From NCBI RefSeq assembly GCF_009914755.1, contig NC_060928.1: 64,000 nucleotides of DNA; one strand, written 5' to 3'. Positions 27,361 through 41,575 of the stretch are shown here, piece after piece. This stretch comes from the human T2T-CHM13v2.0 reference genome, Homo sapiens. A model generated the notes under the pieces. The model saw only the letters and a program-made list of their open reading frames with translations. It was not told the origin of the DNA and ran no database searches. How positions within the stretch are numbered: position 1 is the first letter of the stretch; each line of letters begins with the position of its first letter. The position numbers were made by a program, and so were the translations under genes.

Positions 27361-27736
27361 CTCTAGACATATACAATTTGACTATGATTTTCGGAATGTG
27401 TTGAATTTTAGATTACTGAAGACTATACCAGCACAATTTTTTTTAAGTTTCCAATTTCTATATACGTCCGTTTAATGTATTTTTTCATAATACGCAATTG
27501 TATTGTAATTTTATGATGCCATCAAACACAAAACTAAGGAGCCTAGCATTTCATAGATAGCACTCATTTTTAAGTAGTAACTTAATTTTTCTTCAGTGAA
27601 AACAGATCTGTTATCATTAATAAATTAAAAGTCTAAAACTTTTAGAGGTATCACAATATCAACTATTAACTTTTTGCTAAGCATTATCAGAAATTGACAT
27701 CACATTAAAATGTCACTAAAACTAAAATATTTCTTA

Positions 27737-27925
<189 letters not shown>

Positions 27926-29028
27926 TCACACTTGCCTAAATTACACCTTTACAATTAGAAAGGATGGTAGTTGAATAAATAGGTCACAGTCTACTACTAC
28001 TTAGGCACATGAATATGTAATGATCTACAGCAAGGAGAGAAAGATCTCATTTCAGTGTCTAGCAACAGACCAGTCAAATTCTCTCAGACGTAGTAGAAAA
28101 AGATGCCAAATTTTGCCAAGTGTGAAGCATATTGGTTACTGCTTATGTGTTCCAGGTCAAAATATAATCTGTATTTAGATTGTAATGCAAAGAAAATAAT
28201 TTGCTGGTGAAATGCAATGAGAATAATTTACTAGCTAAAACTACAGGGAAAGTTTAGGACAGAGTAATGTCCTCTTGATTCTTTCTTCAAAACGTCTTTG
28301 TGTTCTTGGCCACCACCTCAGTTAAGCTCTTTATTAACACAGGCCCAAAGTGCCCTGAGAACCCGCTACGCACTGCTTCTGGTTCCTTCCACCTCTAATG
28401 CATCCTACACGCTGTTATGGGGCTGATTTTCTCCACATACTTATTAAATGATGCCTCCCACCCTCCTCCCAGCTTAATGATTTTCAATATAATCTACAAC
28501 CTTATGGCCTGGGCTTCATGGCCCGCCAGTTTGAACTCTCCCAAGCTTTCCATAATTGTCTAGAACAACTCTCTTTTCTCTGCATTACAGTCAGAGTGGA
28601 TTCCTCACCATTTCCAAACACATGGTTTTCTTGTGCTCCTGTGATTTTGTTCTTGCAATGGAATACCATGCCCTTTCTCCCCACCTATATTCCCTCTCTA
28701 CTTATTGTGTCTTGCAAAGAGTAGACCATAAATAAATATTTGATGACTGAATGATAATGTAGCTAATAAAAGTGAAATATATATTCAGATAATACTCATT
28801 CTCTTTGGCCATTAAATAGCCAGATATGATTAAAGTCCTGAGGTATAACTGCACTGGCACAAAAGAGTCTTTGATTGCATCCTAATTTTCAAAATACTGT
28901 GCAATACAAACCTGTGTATTTCACATCAATGGTATTTCAGACAACAAAAATATGGCTCATAATACCTGATCAATGAAAGAATGACTTAACACATACACTG
29001 CTGGGATGATAAGAGCTGCCAGTGTTAC

Positions 29029-29233
29029 CTTGAGGTAATGAATTCCATGAGGGTTTTGACTTTTCCATCCTGCTCCACTGAGATGTCAACCTCATTGAGG
29101 ATAGTGGTGTGCAGATGTGAAATGGCAGCACTGTTATTTCCTAAGCTGATACTAGAAGAGGTAGAACTTGAGCTAAGCCCTGAGTCAGTCATAGGGGAGG
29201 GCTGGTAATCAGGTATAAAATCGTTAATGCCTG
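29029..29233 (-). CDS. FRYL: FRYL coding exon (205 nt, phase 1-2; CAGCAG tandem acceptor, alternative boundary 29230)
   Basis: tttcag|(A)GINDFIPDYQPSPMTDSGLSSSS...LMEFITS(R)|gtaaca. Confidence 0.9.
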
Positions 29234-30544
29234 CTGAAAGAGAAAGATCGTCATGAATACCTAAAACATGAAAGAATCTCACAAAATACCTATAGAATTA
29301 AACTGTTGTTCCTTAGACTCTATGGGACACATGAGGCAATCTGTCAGTGCAAGGTGATGTGAATCAGTGCTCCTGCTGATCCTCATAAACACCAAATTAC
29401 AGCAAGTAAGTTTTGGGGCAAACATTGTTTCACAGCTTGAAAACTTAGCAATTTGGATGTACTATGCAGTCCTCTGCCGCCATCTGCTGAAGAAACTTGC
29501 AAGTGGCAGTTTCCTAATATTCTGGCATATTTTGTCAACATCGCTTGTCAGTCACATTTCTATAATATGAACTGATTTTTAACTTTTTATAGAAAATTTT
29601 CTATAATTTTTGATCCATTTCCATTGCAGAAAGGCTCATCTATCTGAAATACACATAGTGCATCAATCATTTTTTAAAAAACTGTTAAAGGTTATTACTA
29701 ATGCCCATATTTACAAATTGGTAAGAGAAGCCTTAAAAACAAACAAGCTATGGAATTTTGAATAATGGTGCCTTAATATAAAAAGGCAGTAAACTTCATT
29801 CCATTTTTCTTTTAATCATAGTTTTAAAAGGCTAATAAGTTTCCTAATAATTGTTTCCTAACTATAGGATTTTAAATAAATAACAGGGTTTTAACTAACT
29901 TTAAAATTGATGAACCCTGTATCTGACACTGTATGATTAGAAAAAAAAAGGTAATTTTATTGCAATTTTGAAAAAAAAGTTTCTAGATCACTTGTTATTA
30001 GCCTGATGGTACTGATGAATGAAAGAAATGTTAGTTATAGGATATAAGAAAATATACCTTAAAAGTAAAAAACAAAAATTAACATTGACAGTGAAATAAA
30101 CCATATTAAGTCTCATTAACTTGGACTTCACTACTTCAAAATGTATGTTTTTAATGCAGTAAATATAATCACGAGAATAACAAAATTTAAAATGCCTTAC
30201 TTTATCAGTTTTCAGATCCTGCAAATAAGAGGAATCTAATACAAGCTCAACATCTTTTTCGTAATTCGTCCTCAATAAATTAAGCAGTTTCATTATGTCT
30301 TCAACTTACATATTCCTAAGTTAAATCTCGATAAAGATCGTTCGAGGTAATGCAGACTCAAATATTTTAAATTTAATCCCTTCTTTTATTAGCAAATAAT
30401 TTAAATGGTACTTAAAATAATACAACTACATTTTTAAAATGTTCTCTAGTATTTCAACTTTTATTCAGTTGACTTTCTCTAATGCAGGATTCCAAATTAA
30501 TAAAGTATAATTCTACTTTCAAATTGTACATTTAAAGCAAATAC

Positions 30545-30730
30545 CTGTGAAATTATAATCTAAGTGTGCAACTTGTTTGACTGTAAGCACCCTGGGCTCA
30601 TTAAACTCCTTGTTCCTGAGAAGGACAGAAGCAACAGTTCGGATGTTACTATTGGGTCCCATTACTATTAATAAGTGCAGAAGCAGGCGTTTACAATGTT
30701 CATACACCTCAGGGTGGCAGTGGTCAAACC
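30545..30730 (-). CDS. FRYL: FRYL coding exon (186 nt, phase 1-1)
   Basis: ttttag|(G)FDHCHPEVYEHCKRLLLHLLIV...HLDYNFT|gtattt. Confidence 0.93.
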
Positions 30731-31650
30731 CTAAAAAGGATAGTAGAGAAACATTATCAATAAAGAGAAATAATGAGTATTCTTACTACCAAACTCACAT
30801 TTTGAAGAAAAGGAGAAATTATATGAAAGATTTCATGGAAGGTGACATATTATATGGTTTTTTATTGCCCTAGAGTTCTTATATACTTTTACAATAGCCT
30901 ACTGTCTTATAGTACTAGGGAGACTCAAGGTAAGCTAAATGTGTTTCATGTCTAAAATTTAGTGATCTCTTAAAAATTATTTCTGTTACATAACATAAAA
31001 AAATTCATGGAAATGAATTTTTTTTTTTAAAGGCAGGGTTTTTTGTGTGCTTAGCACATAACAGAAAGTACATGATTAACTGAAGGAATGATGTAATACA
31101 CCAACATTAAGTGTGCCCATCAGGAAAACTTATAAGGAGATGGCTATCTGGACTTGCTTCAGGAAGCCAATCCTATAAGCATCAAATGTATTATAGATAT
31201 GGTAGATCCCACATGTTTGCTACAGAAGGCACGATGGAGTTTCAGGTATAATAATGAGGCTATCCAACAACCCAGTTCTTTTGGGAAATACTTAGAACCT
31301 ATCTCAACTTTTCATTCACTCTGAAAGTTTCCAATCCCAGAGTTAAGTTAATTTGACTCTTGCCACAGCCACAGAATTTTTCCTTGGTATAGTATATGTG
31401 TGTTTGTGTGTGGGCAGGCGAGGCCATAAGATAGGAATAGGAATGGGGGTAATAGACATGTTTGTTTGTGGTTAGAAGAGGGGCCAGACATAACTCCCCA
31501 AGAGACCAGAGGAATCATAGTGAAAAGTGTCATGGAAATAACATAAAAATAACAGGAAACAGAAACACATAAAAACTGTCATAAAACCATACTGCTTTTA
31601 AATTATCATAAAAATATAACATGAAAGAATTAGAACCAAATATTTATTAC

Positions 31651-31754
31651 CTATAAAAATTGCATGAAGAAGAAGATGGAGGTAGCTTCCCCATTCCACC
31701 TTCACACTATGATCAATGATGAGATCAGTCAAAAGGATCACTGCTATGTTACAC
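31651..31754 (-). CDS. FRYL: FRYL coding exon (104 nt, phase 2-1)
   Basis: tcatag|CNIAVILLTDLIIDHSVKVEWGSYLHLLLHAIFI|gtaata. Confidence 0.92.
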
Positions 31755-32433
31755 CTATGACAAATAAGAGTTTCATTAACGTTTTACTAGATCTCAGTAA
31801 ACCTAGAGAGAATTTGGTACAAAATTACTTGAAGACTTTAATATCACATTTCATGGAAAAATACAACTTATCAAGGAAAAAGGAGGAAAAACAAATACAG
31901 CTGAAGAAAACGTTAACCATTAAGTTAAAGAGATGGAACAGAACATAAGGGCTAAGGGTTCCTTGAACTCAGGAGCCACATTTTCTTCATCTTTCAACCT
32001 TGAGACTTAGCACACTGCTTGCCACAGTAGGTGTTCAATACATGTTTGGTGCATTAATACATTTTGAAAGAATGCAGTAATTGCTCTATTGTGATTTTGC
32101 TAAGTAGAATTCAATTTAACTCGATGCAAAATAATAGTGCCTACCATAGGAAAGTCATATTTTTCAGATGTAGTAACTGGGTCCCAGAAAGGTCAAGTAA
32201 CTATGCCAGACACCCAGAAAAGCAGCAGCAGAATTAGATTTAATAATATTAATTTTATAAAGTTAGAATTCTGAGTTTTTTAGATTTCTTAGAATCTAAA
32301 CACATTGATCTGTGTTGCAGTATCTCCATAAAGAAGATTGCTTTCATTCTGTGTTGTCAGATAGCACAAAGAAAGCCGACAGTGTTCAGCAGCAACTTGG
32401 TGCATATGTAAAAGGAATGACGCTGTAGTCCAC

Positions 32434-32584
32434 CTGTGAAGAGGTAATCCAGGTGATGACGTTTCAGGCACGTAATCCACCAGTGGTGACCAGCAGCCTC
32501 CAGCTGGTGGGAAGGGCAGTGGCTCTCCTTGGTTATGCTCCATCACTTTCAGTCGCCAATTAGAATAAAGTGGCATTGAATCAC
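32434..32584 (-). CDS. FRYL: FRYL coding exon (151 nt, phase 1-2)
   Basis: tgatag|(S)DSMPLYSNWRLKVMEHNQGEPLPFPPAGGCWSPL...PGLPLH(R)|gtggac. Confidence 0.92.
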
Positions 32585-33552
32585 CTATCAAGATAAAATG
32601 ATCTCATTTTCTACACCATCTAATTTCTGCCAATATAAGCAAACTCTAGTAAGATCCCAACTATTTATATAGTATTGGAAAGTGATAAAAAAAATTTCCC
32701 ACTATTTCAACATGTTTGCTAGGAAAATCTAGGCACAAATATTATCAAATTAAGCAAACCAGGGAGAGGGAGAGAGAGAAAGAGATTAATTTAGGTTCCA
32801 CCCTGTACGTCAAAGCAAAACTATATTAGCACTTCATCATGATTCCATCAATGATGTCCAAGCCAGGAGATCACATTATTGGTGAAGCTGCCTTGTAACA
32901 AAGGGCCTTCTGGTAAGTTATTCAGTTCTAAATATCCTGAGATAGGGCCAACACAGCTCCATCTTGAAAGGAACTCTGCTCTACCACAGTGGGGCTGCGG
33001 GGTGCAATAAAAAATGTCAGGAAATGTGAATTCTGTGTGACGTGGGTAAGTCACTTAACCTCTCTGGACCTCAGTTCCATCATGTGCAAAATGAGGAGAT
33101 TGGACCAGATCATCTTCAGTGTCCCTTCCCAGTCTGAAAGCCTGTGCTTCTATGATACCCTGCCTTAACGTTATAGTGAAACTTGGGTAGATTATTCACT
33201 TTGCAATTGCCAAGGGAGAATCTTTTAAGGAAAAAGTGAATCCATGCAGAAGGAGCAATCCTGCTAAAAAAAATCAGCCTGTTTCCAGTATTTGTTCTAT
33301 GATGCTTCCTGAGAACCAGTTCTTATGTTCCTTGTGATTTATCTATAGGAAACCAGTGCTTTAAAAAAAATTTCACCCAATTACGTTGCTTCTTAAAATC
33401 AAGATGTTTCAGATTATGTTGGAACACCACTAGTGGCAGTTAAATACGCTTTTTAAAAACAATTTACTGAAAATATATATTTATTAACATTAATGTAATT
33501 AACAATACACCTCACCCTTATAGTTATATTAAAAACATTTGGAATTTATTAC

Positions 33553-33665
33553 TTTTTTCTTCTTCATAAGATCCTCCAGAGCTGCTACTGTATCGGGATT
33601 CTAGTCTGTGATGTTGCCGATTCAAATGACTGTTTAGTCCACTGTAAATGTCCAGGTGCACATAG
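33553..33665 (-). CDS. FRYL: FRYL coding exon (113 nt, phase 2-1)
   Basis: ccatag|YVHLDIYSGLNSHLNRQHHRLESRYSSSSGGSYEEEK|gtaata. Confidence 0.9.
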
Positions 33666-33752
33666 CTATGGGAATGATCACTGAAGTTAGTCACAGTTCA
33701 CGGTGCAATGGTATTTATACTTTATGTTTCACTTTCTCTGTTTAAAAAAGGA

Positions 33753-34043
33753 GGACGGACGCCATGGTTCAAGCCTGTAATCCCAGCACTTTGGGAGGCC
33801 AAGGCAGGAGGATCATGAGGTCAGGAGATCGAGACCATCCTGGCCAACATGGTGAAACCCCGTGTCTACTAAAATACCAAAAATTAGCCGAGCGTGGTGA
33901 CGTGTGCCTGTAGTCCCAGCTACTCCGGAGGCTGAGGCAGGAGAATTGCTTGAACCTGGGAGGCAGAGGTTGAGCTGAGATTGCACCACTGCACTCCAGT
34001 CTGGCAACAGAGCGAGACTCCATCTCAATAAAAAAAAAAAAAG
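33753..34043 (+). mobile_element. Alu (AluSc-like)
   Basis: gatcatgaggtcaggagatcgagaccatcc; ctggcaacagagcgagac. Confidence 0.92.
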
Positions 34044-34454
34044 GACACAGTACACAAAATACTAACAAAAGTTTACTATGACGTACATTAATTTCCACCT
34101 TATAATCCAAAAGCTTAAACTTTTAATCAATTATTTCTACCTAAAATAATATTCTGGCATACAAAACAGGTGGAGTAAATACCATTTATATAGGTCTAAA
34201 ACTTTAAGCAATACAAAAAGTGACTTACCATATACCACCTATTTATACATTAGAGCATATAAAAAAATCTAGCAGGCTAGCATCTTTAATGTTGAAACTC
34301 TCAATGTGGAAAGTTTCCAGCATGGAAATATATTTTTTTCACTCGAATTTTAACACAGCAACATCCACATTTCAATGCAGAAAATATCATTTATTCTGAT
34401 GACAACCAGTATCTGTCAAACTGAAAGGCTAATACAGAACAGAGAAGTACTTAC

Positions 34455-34539
34455 CTCTCTTCAATATTCTCTTTAATGGGCTTATTATCAGGATTGCCAT
34501 CTGTGGGAGCTACCATTGTATTGCTACTGGAAGTAGTTC
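34455..34539 (-). CDS. FRYL: FRYL coding exon (85 nt, phase 1-2)
   Basis: ttacag|(G)TTSSSNTMVAPTDGNPDNKPIKENIEE(S)|gtaagt. Confidence 0.9.
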
Positions 34540-35203
34540 CTGTAATCAAAGACAAAGCAGTACTCGTGAATCTACAAACCTGGAATAACCCAATAAGAAC
34601 AAAAGATCTCAAATTATAGATATCAAAACTTAACTAAAATGAGAGCAAAGTCATTTAAAAAAAGGAATGTACTCATAATGACCAAAAGGGAAAGGACATA
34701 AGACAAACAAATTTTTGGATGCTAGAATACAAATGGACAGTAAGTAATTAAGTGTTAAGAAGGCTGAATCCAAAGGTGGTGGTGGGTGAAAACCAAGAAG
34801 CTTCCATGTTTATATTGCTGAACTTCCAAAAGGTAGCATCGAGAACCTCTGGAAACAGGGGTTGAAGGTGGTGCGAAAAAATAGGAAACCTGGCTGAAAG
34901 TCAATCTATTTTAGAAGTAACTGGTTCCCCAAATCTACTTTCTTGCCTCTTGCAGCTGGGTGGCTGTCTTTCCCCACTTCTAGAAGTCTTTTCTGATGAG
35001 AGTAAATCAGAAGATTCCTGAACTAGGGCACGCCATGTACTCCTGAAAGAGGAGGCACCTTACAAAGAACAGGGGCATTAAATGAAAATGCACATGCTAA
35101 AATTTGAGACTGCACCCCCCCCAACATCCTTCTTACCCCACTGGGCTTCCAGAAAGTTTGAAGCCTGTGTATATGTGTGTGTATAAATATAAACAGTCCA
35201 AAG

Positions 35204-35206
<3 letters not shown>

Positions 35207-35244
<38 letters not shown>
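35207..35244. repeat. (TG)19 microsatellite
   Basis: Read directly. Confidence 0.95.
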
Positions 35245-35246
<2 letters not shown>

Positions 35247-36029
35247 CAGACACACCCTCTGCAGGCAAATGACTAGAAAGAGTTTTCTCTAGGGAATCTG
35301 ATAAATCTAGGAGAAAAGACCTACAGACGTTGGCATCACTGAAATCATGGTACGACAAAGCACACAGACAACAAGTTCCATATATACTTATAGAACTTAT
35401 ATTTTTTTAATATTCTACTCTTTATGAAAAGACAGATCTAGAATTGGTAGGCTTTTGAGAAAAGTTTTATCAACACAAAACAGCAATGTAGAGAAAATGA
35501 GGACTTCTGCTGGGAGAAAACTTTATAACTGTATTGGATACGAAACAACAGTCCAACTATGAAACATGAATAGGATGCTACTTTAAAAAATTATAATTAA
35601 ATGAAACTTTAGAATTAAAAACATTCTAGCCGATATGAAAAATTCAATAGAAGCATTATTAGACATCTCCTGGAAAATAAAACAAAAGGACTAGGTGATG
35701 AAAATGGATGGTAAAAAATAAATTATAAAGAGATAATTTAAAATATTTCTAGTTTTACAGATAATGTTATTAGCATGCTGAAAACATTTAAAGTAAACTG
35801 AGTAACAAAGAGTTTAACAGAAATTTCATCTACAATAGCCTTTTTACTATTTTGAATTTCATTGGATGTTCTTCTATTAGGAACATAGTTTCTTCATACT
35901 CAAAATATTACAATAATTTTAATATATGCACATACATATAGGTGTGTATATATATATACATTTAAAGACACAATAAACTCTTGTTTAACAATTATGTTAA
36001 GCTTCTCTTTCAATACTGAGGAAGATTTG

Positions 36030-36125
36030 TTTTTTTCTTTTAATAAATTTTATTGTATATATCTGAGATTCATAACATGTTATGGGACATAGAGACCCTA
36101 AAATGGTTACCATAGTGAAGCAGAT
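36030..36125 (-). mobile_element. L1MA-like 3' end fragment
   Basis: ttttaataaattttattgtatat...aaatggttaccatagtgaagcagat. Confidence 0.55.
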
Positions 36126-36174
36126 GAAGATGTCTATCATCTCACACAGCAATCGGTTTTAACAAATTTCTCAC

Positions 36175-36343
36175 CTGAGGTGACAGAAGGGATTTTATAG
36201 CTGGAAGTGATGCGATAATACGGGGGATTATCCATGTGAGTGACCCCTGAACTGACAGGATCGGTCAGCTGAAGCTCACTCACCAGCTCTTCTAGCAACT
36301 GCATTGTTTTATCTCTACCTAAATATACAATGACCTTCTTCAC
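36175..36343 (-). CDS. FRYL: FRYL coding exon (169 nt, phase 0-1)
   Basis: tgacag|VKKVIVYLGRDKTMQLLEELVSELQ...YKIPSVTS|gtgaga. Confidence 0.93.
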
Positions 36344-36784
36344 CTGTCACAAAAGAAATCGTTCAGAAAAGAAAAAGCAAAGTTTTTATCTCATTAATTT
36401 CTCCTGAGACAAACTTTATCAGAGTAAGTTCAACTTTAAGTGGTAGATGAATAAACACAATCTAAATCAAAATTAGCACTGATCAACAATAAGACATTAA
36501 TCAGCTTTATCAATACTGTCCTCCCTCTAACTCTCAGCATTAGATCTAATTAGGGTGAACTGAGTATGTTTAGCGGTTTAGTGGTTTCCACTTTATGCAC
36601 TTTCTTTACTTTAAAAAAAAACAAAAAAAAAAAACAAAAAAATACTTTTCTGTAAAAATTTCTCTTTTAATGGAAACACAGGTAATAACATCCTAAGATT
36701 TTCCTCTGATTTTTAGTTAGCCAGCCTCCAAACCCAGGGTTTATCTTTTATTCCGCCTTCCCCATTCCCTATAGTCAACCAGAG

Positions 36785-37010
36785 TAGTCATTAAGAGCAA
36801 AGAACTAGAACTAAATTAGAACTCCAACTACATTGCCTGGTTTGGAATGTGGATATACCACTTACTAACTCTATCATTGGAAAGTTGCTCTCAGTTTTCT
36901 CATCTGCAAAATGGGGGTAGTAATAGCACCTACTTCATATAGCTATTAGGAAGATTAAATGAGTTAAGGTTTATAATGCACTTTAAAAATGGCTAGTAAC
37001 ACAGTATAAG
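36785..37010 (+). mobile_element. MIR
   Basis: ccacttactaactct...ctcagttttctcatctgcaaaatggggg...gaagattaaatgag. Confidence 0.7.
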
Positions 37011-37116
37011 TAGAAAAACTTTTCAGTAGTATATACATATGTTTTAGTAATGTATATTACTGAAATAACTTCATAACTGATCAGCCTATCTCTTTTTCTC
37101 CCTATTTTAATCCTTA

Positions 37117-37247
37117 CTACTCAAAATGTGATCCTAGCAAGACAGGCATCATCATCTGGAGTTTGCTAGAAATAGAGAATCTCAGGCCCACCCCACCTCC
37201 AGAATCAGAATGATTCGTATTTTTACAGACATATGAAAAGCACTGCT
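37117..37247. mobile_element. MER5A-like fragment
   Basis: ctactcaaaatgtgatcc...tttgctagaaatagagaatctcaggcccacccc...gaatcagaa...aagcactgct. Confidence 0.6.
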
Positions 37248-37300
37248 TTATATGACCCCTGGATGAATCTTAAAACATGATTTATTATATCCCAACCAAA

Positions 37301-37599
37301 TTCTTTTTTTTTTTTTTGAGACGGAGTCTCGCTCTGTCGCCCAGGCTAGAGTGCAGTGGCACCATCGTGGCTCACTGCCACCTCTGCCTCCCCGGTTCAA
37401 GCAATTCCCCCTGCGTCAGCCTCCGAGTAGGTGGGATTACAGGTGCCTGCCGCCACACCCAGATAATTTTCGTAGTTTTAGTACAGATGGGGTTTCATCA
37501 TGTTGGCCAGGCTGGTCTCGAACTCCTGACCTCAGGTGATCCTCCTGCCTTGGCCTCCCAAAGTGCTGGGATTACAGGCGTGAGCCACAGCACCAGGCC
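37301..37599 (-). mobile_element. Alu (AluSx-like)
   Basis: Poly-T plus dimeric Alu; source of ORF 37277..37753. Confidence 0.92.
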
Positions 37600-38202
37600 A
37601 AAACTCTTATCATGGTTACCCAGTGATAACCTTCTAGGTATGGCTCTTTACTCCATCCAATGGGCACTACTTGCTAATTCTCTCTATTTTCAGGTTCCAT
37701 CTCCTCTGAGCATGCTGTGTGCATTCCTGCCTTTGTGGGTTCCTTCCGCCTGACTGTGGATCTCCGAGTTGACACTCCCAACCCTAATCCTATCAAGTCT
37801 TCAAGCCCCATCCCCCACCTTAACTCTACTCCTTTCTCCAGGAAGCTTATACTGACTTCACCATCAGATCTGGGTTGGAATTCTAGATCTATTAAGTGAC
37901 AAGAGTGAGAACTTGAGGAAATTACCGTTCTCTCTGCCCTGTTTTTTCCTCTGTAAAACTGCAGTGATCTCACCAAACTCATAGATTCTGAGATTTAAAT
38001 AATGTGGATGAAGTGCTTTTACCATGCCTATAATAAGCACCCATAATAAGTGCTTAAAAAATAATAACCAATAAATTATTATTGACATTTAAAAAATGGC
38101 TCCTTTTAAATTCCTGGAAAATGGCTATTCCCCAAATTTTCATTTGGCCTCTTAAAAGTATAATCCCATGCTTTTTCTAGTACTGACTCTAACTCCCCCA
38201 TT

Positions 38203-38660
38203 CGTTCATCCAATTAATGGGCACCTTCTATGTGCCAGGCACTACACTAAATGGAAATTTAGCAGTGAATCAAATAGACAAAAACTACCATTCTTAAGGA
38301 GCCTACAATCTACTGGTTGATGCAAAATTAATGAGGTAAATAGGTAAAATATATCATGTGTTTGGTGATGATTAAGTGCCAGAAAGATCAATGAAGAAGG
38401 GAAAGGAAATGGAGTGTGTGTGTGGAGGTGGTGCATTTGCAGTTTTAGACAGGATGGGCAGCAGAAGTCCCAGTGGGCACTGCCACCTGAAGGAGGACCT
38501 GAAAGAGGTGAGGAGTGAGTAACGTGGCTAACTGGGGAAGAGAAGGCAAGTGAGTGTGAGGGCCCCGAGGAGGGAATGCCTGGTGAGAGAGGTGGAAGCA
38601 AAGGGGGCCAGCGCAGCTGAAGGGTGGGAGCACCAGACAGAATATAGGAGACACAGTCAG
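38203..38660 (-). mobile_element. L2 3' remnant
   Basis: ttcgttcatcc...gcaccttctatgtgccaggcact...ggagcctacaatctactgg; boundaries approximate. Confidence 0.6.
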
Positions 38661-38823
38661 AGAGGTAACGTGCGGTAACGTTGTCTTGTACCATACACCT
38701 ACAGTTCTCTAAGCACTTCTCAAAGGCACTATGCCTGTGGTACACCTTGGCAATGATGCTTTCAGTGACCAAGTGAACTTGGGGAATGCTGAGTAAAGCA
38801 AAGCTATCAAGTGGTTTGTTTAA

Positions 38824-39155
<332 letters not shown>

Positions 39156-39938
39156 TGTAAGAACTTTTAGATAACATTCTGTAGGACTAGTCTTCCGTGG
39201 ACCACACTTTTGGGGGATGCTGCCACGGGATAGATATCTATATCTGCATCTACAAAGACATGTGAGCATGTGTGTCCATTTAACCCTCAGGTTTCATAGT
39301 TTCATATCAAATGTGTCCTCTTGACTTGGGCAGATCTGGATGTTCCTTTCTCCCCTGGAAGGCAAAGATGTTATCTTCTTCGTTTCATATCTCTTACCAT
39401 GCTTTCCCTTGCTTCCAGCAGCCTGAAGGACAATCCTACGTGCACTGAGCTCACACTCACCATCCTGTTCTCATATCTAAATGCCAGCTCTGCCTAGCAG
39501 AAACTAGAAACATCCCCAGTGTGTGGTTTCAGCTTCAATATCACTTTCTCTCAAGTGTCATCTTGAATCCTTCCAGACAGCTGTGGTTCCTAGGTTTTTT
39601 ACTCTCAGAACTCTGCAATTTTTTTATAGCCTTTATCACACTATACTTTATTAGCTTACTGATTTATTCATTAAATAAATCAGATGTAGCTTCAACAAAT
39701 AAATTCTGTATTACCCATCAGATTGTAATACCCAGAAGAGCACCTGGCCTGTCATAATGATAGATAACATTTGCTAACTGAATCAGTGAATAAATCCATG
39801 TGCTATTTCCTGACTGTCTTCATCCTGGCCCTTGCCTTGCCTTGCCTCTCCTGGGCAACTGCTGCCCATACTCTGACATCACAAGATACTAGTAAATATA
39901 TACATATATTTTAAAATTAAATGAACTTGAATACATAC

Positions 39939-40079
39939 GTAAGGCAAGAGGCTTGGTTCGCTATTCACCCCACAAATGCTGATCAAAAAGTGCAAAATTA
40001 TTTTCAGGTTTTTGGGCCAGCCATCTGCAAGTGTGGTCCACACATTCTCCACCTCCGACCAGGCCAGTTCATCGCCATA
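39939..40079 (-). CDS. FRYL: FRYL coding exon (141 nt, phase 0-0)
   Basis: atctag|YGDELAWSEVENVWTTLADGWPKNLKIILHFLISICGVNSEPSLLPY|gtatgt. Confidence 0.92.
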
Positions 40080-40407
40080 CTAGATGCAATATGCACAAAA
40101 GATACTTCAGTCATGACTGCCTATTATAAAAACCAAACTTGTCATACCATGAAATATTAAAAAATGTTTTGTACAGATAGCTTTAATCGTTTCCACACTT
40201 TACAGAAACAATAATTTCTTCCAACAAATCTAAACATAAATATAATTAATCATATATGGTTTTAGTAAAAAAAATTCATATCTAATGAGTCTTTTTTAAA
40301 GAAAGATATTTGTTTGGTTATCACAGGATTATGGAACCTCTTCATCTGTTTCTAACCACATCTACTCACTCAATAATTCTGTGCAGCAATTATAAATACA
40401 AAACTCA

Positions 40408-40791
<384 letters not shown>

Positions 40792-40904
40792 TTATGAGTA
40801 TTGTTTTTCCTTTTAGCAAATTTCACCTCAACGACATCATAAAATTAACAGCTAACATAAATCACATACATTTTATACAAAATACTTTTGGCAGTTAAAA
40901 TAAA

Positions 40905-41575
40905 TGTTTGTGCACTGTTGGTGGCATTGTAAAATGGTGCATACTTTCTGGGAAACAGTATGATGGTTCCTCAAAAAAATAAAAATAGAACTATCATATG
41001 ATCCAGCAACCCCACTTCTGAGTATACATTGAAAAAAATTGAAAGCAGAAACTCAAACAAATATTTGTACATCCATGTTCATTAACAGCACAATTCACAA
41101 TAGCCAAGAGGTAGGTGGAAGCAACCTAAATGTCCATTGACAGATGAATGAATAAACCAAATGTATATACATATAGTGGAATATTATGCACCCTTAAAAA
41201 AGGGAAAACAGGAAAGAAATCCTGTCATATGCCACAACGGGGCTGAAGCTTGATGACATTATGTTACCTGAAATAAGCCAATCACAAACAAAAATACAAA
41301 TCAACATATATGTATGATTCCACATAGATGGAGTACCTAAAGTAGTCAAATCCATAGAAACACAAAGTAGAATTCTGATTACCAGAGCTTGGGGGCAGAG
41401 GGAAAAGCAGGATTGTTGTTTAGTGGGTATAGACTTTTCAGTTCTGCAGGATGAAAAAGTTCTAGAGGTCTATTTCACAACAATGTGAATACACTAAACA
41501 ATTCTGGAACTTAACTGCATACTTGAAAATGATTAAGATGGCAAATTTTATGCTTTTTTATCACAATGAACAAAA
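40905..41575 (+). mobile_element. Old L1 3' fragment (L1MB-like)
   Basis: cactgttggtgg...aaatagaactatcatatgatccagcaacccc...aaatgtccattgacagatgaatg...gattaagatggcaaatttta. Confidence 0.85.

Noticed and set aside
34600-35750. Possible ancient L1/HAL1 5' region
   Set aside because: Too diverged to assign or bound reliably by eye.
38242-38772. 176-aa Pro/Ser-rich ORF
   Set aside because: Overlaps a decayed L2 element; not needed for the FRYL frame and lacks convincing splice sites.
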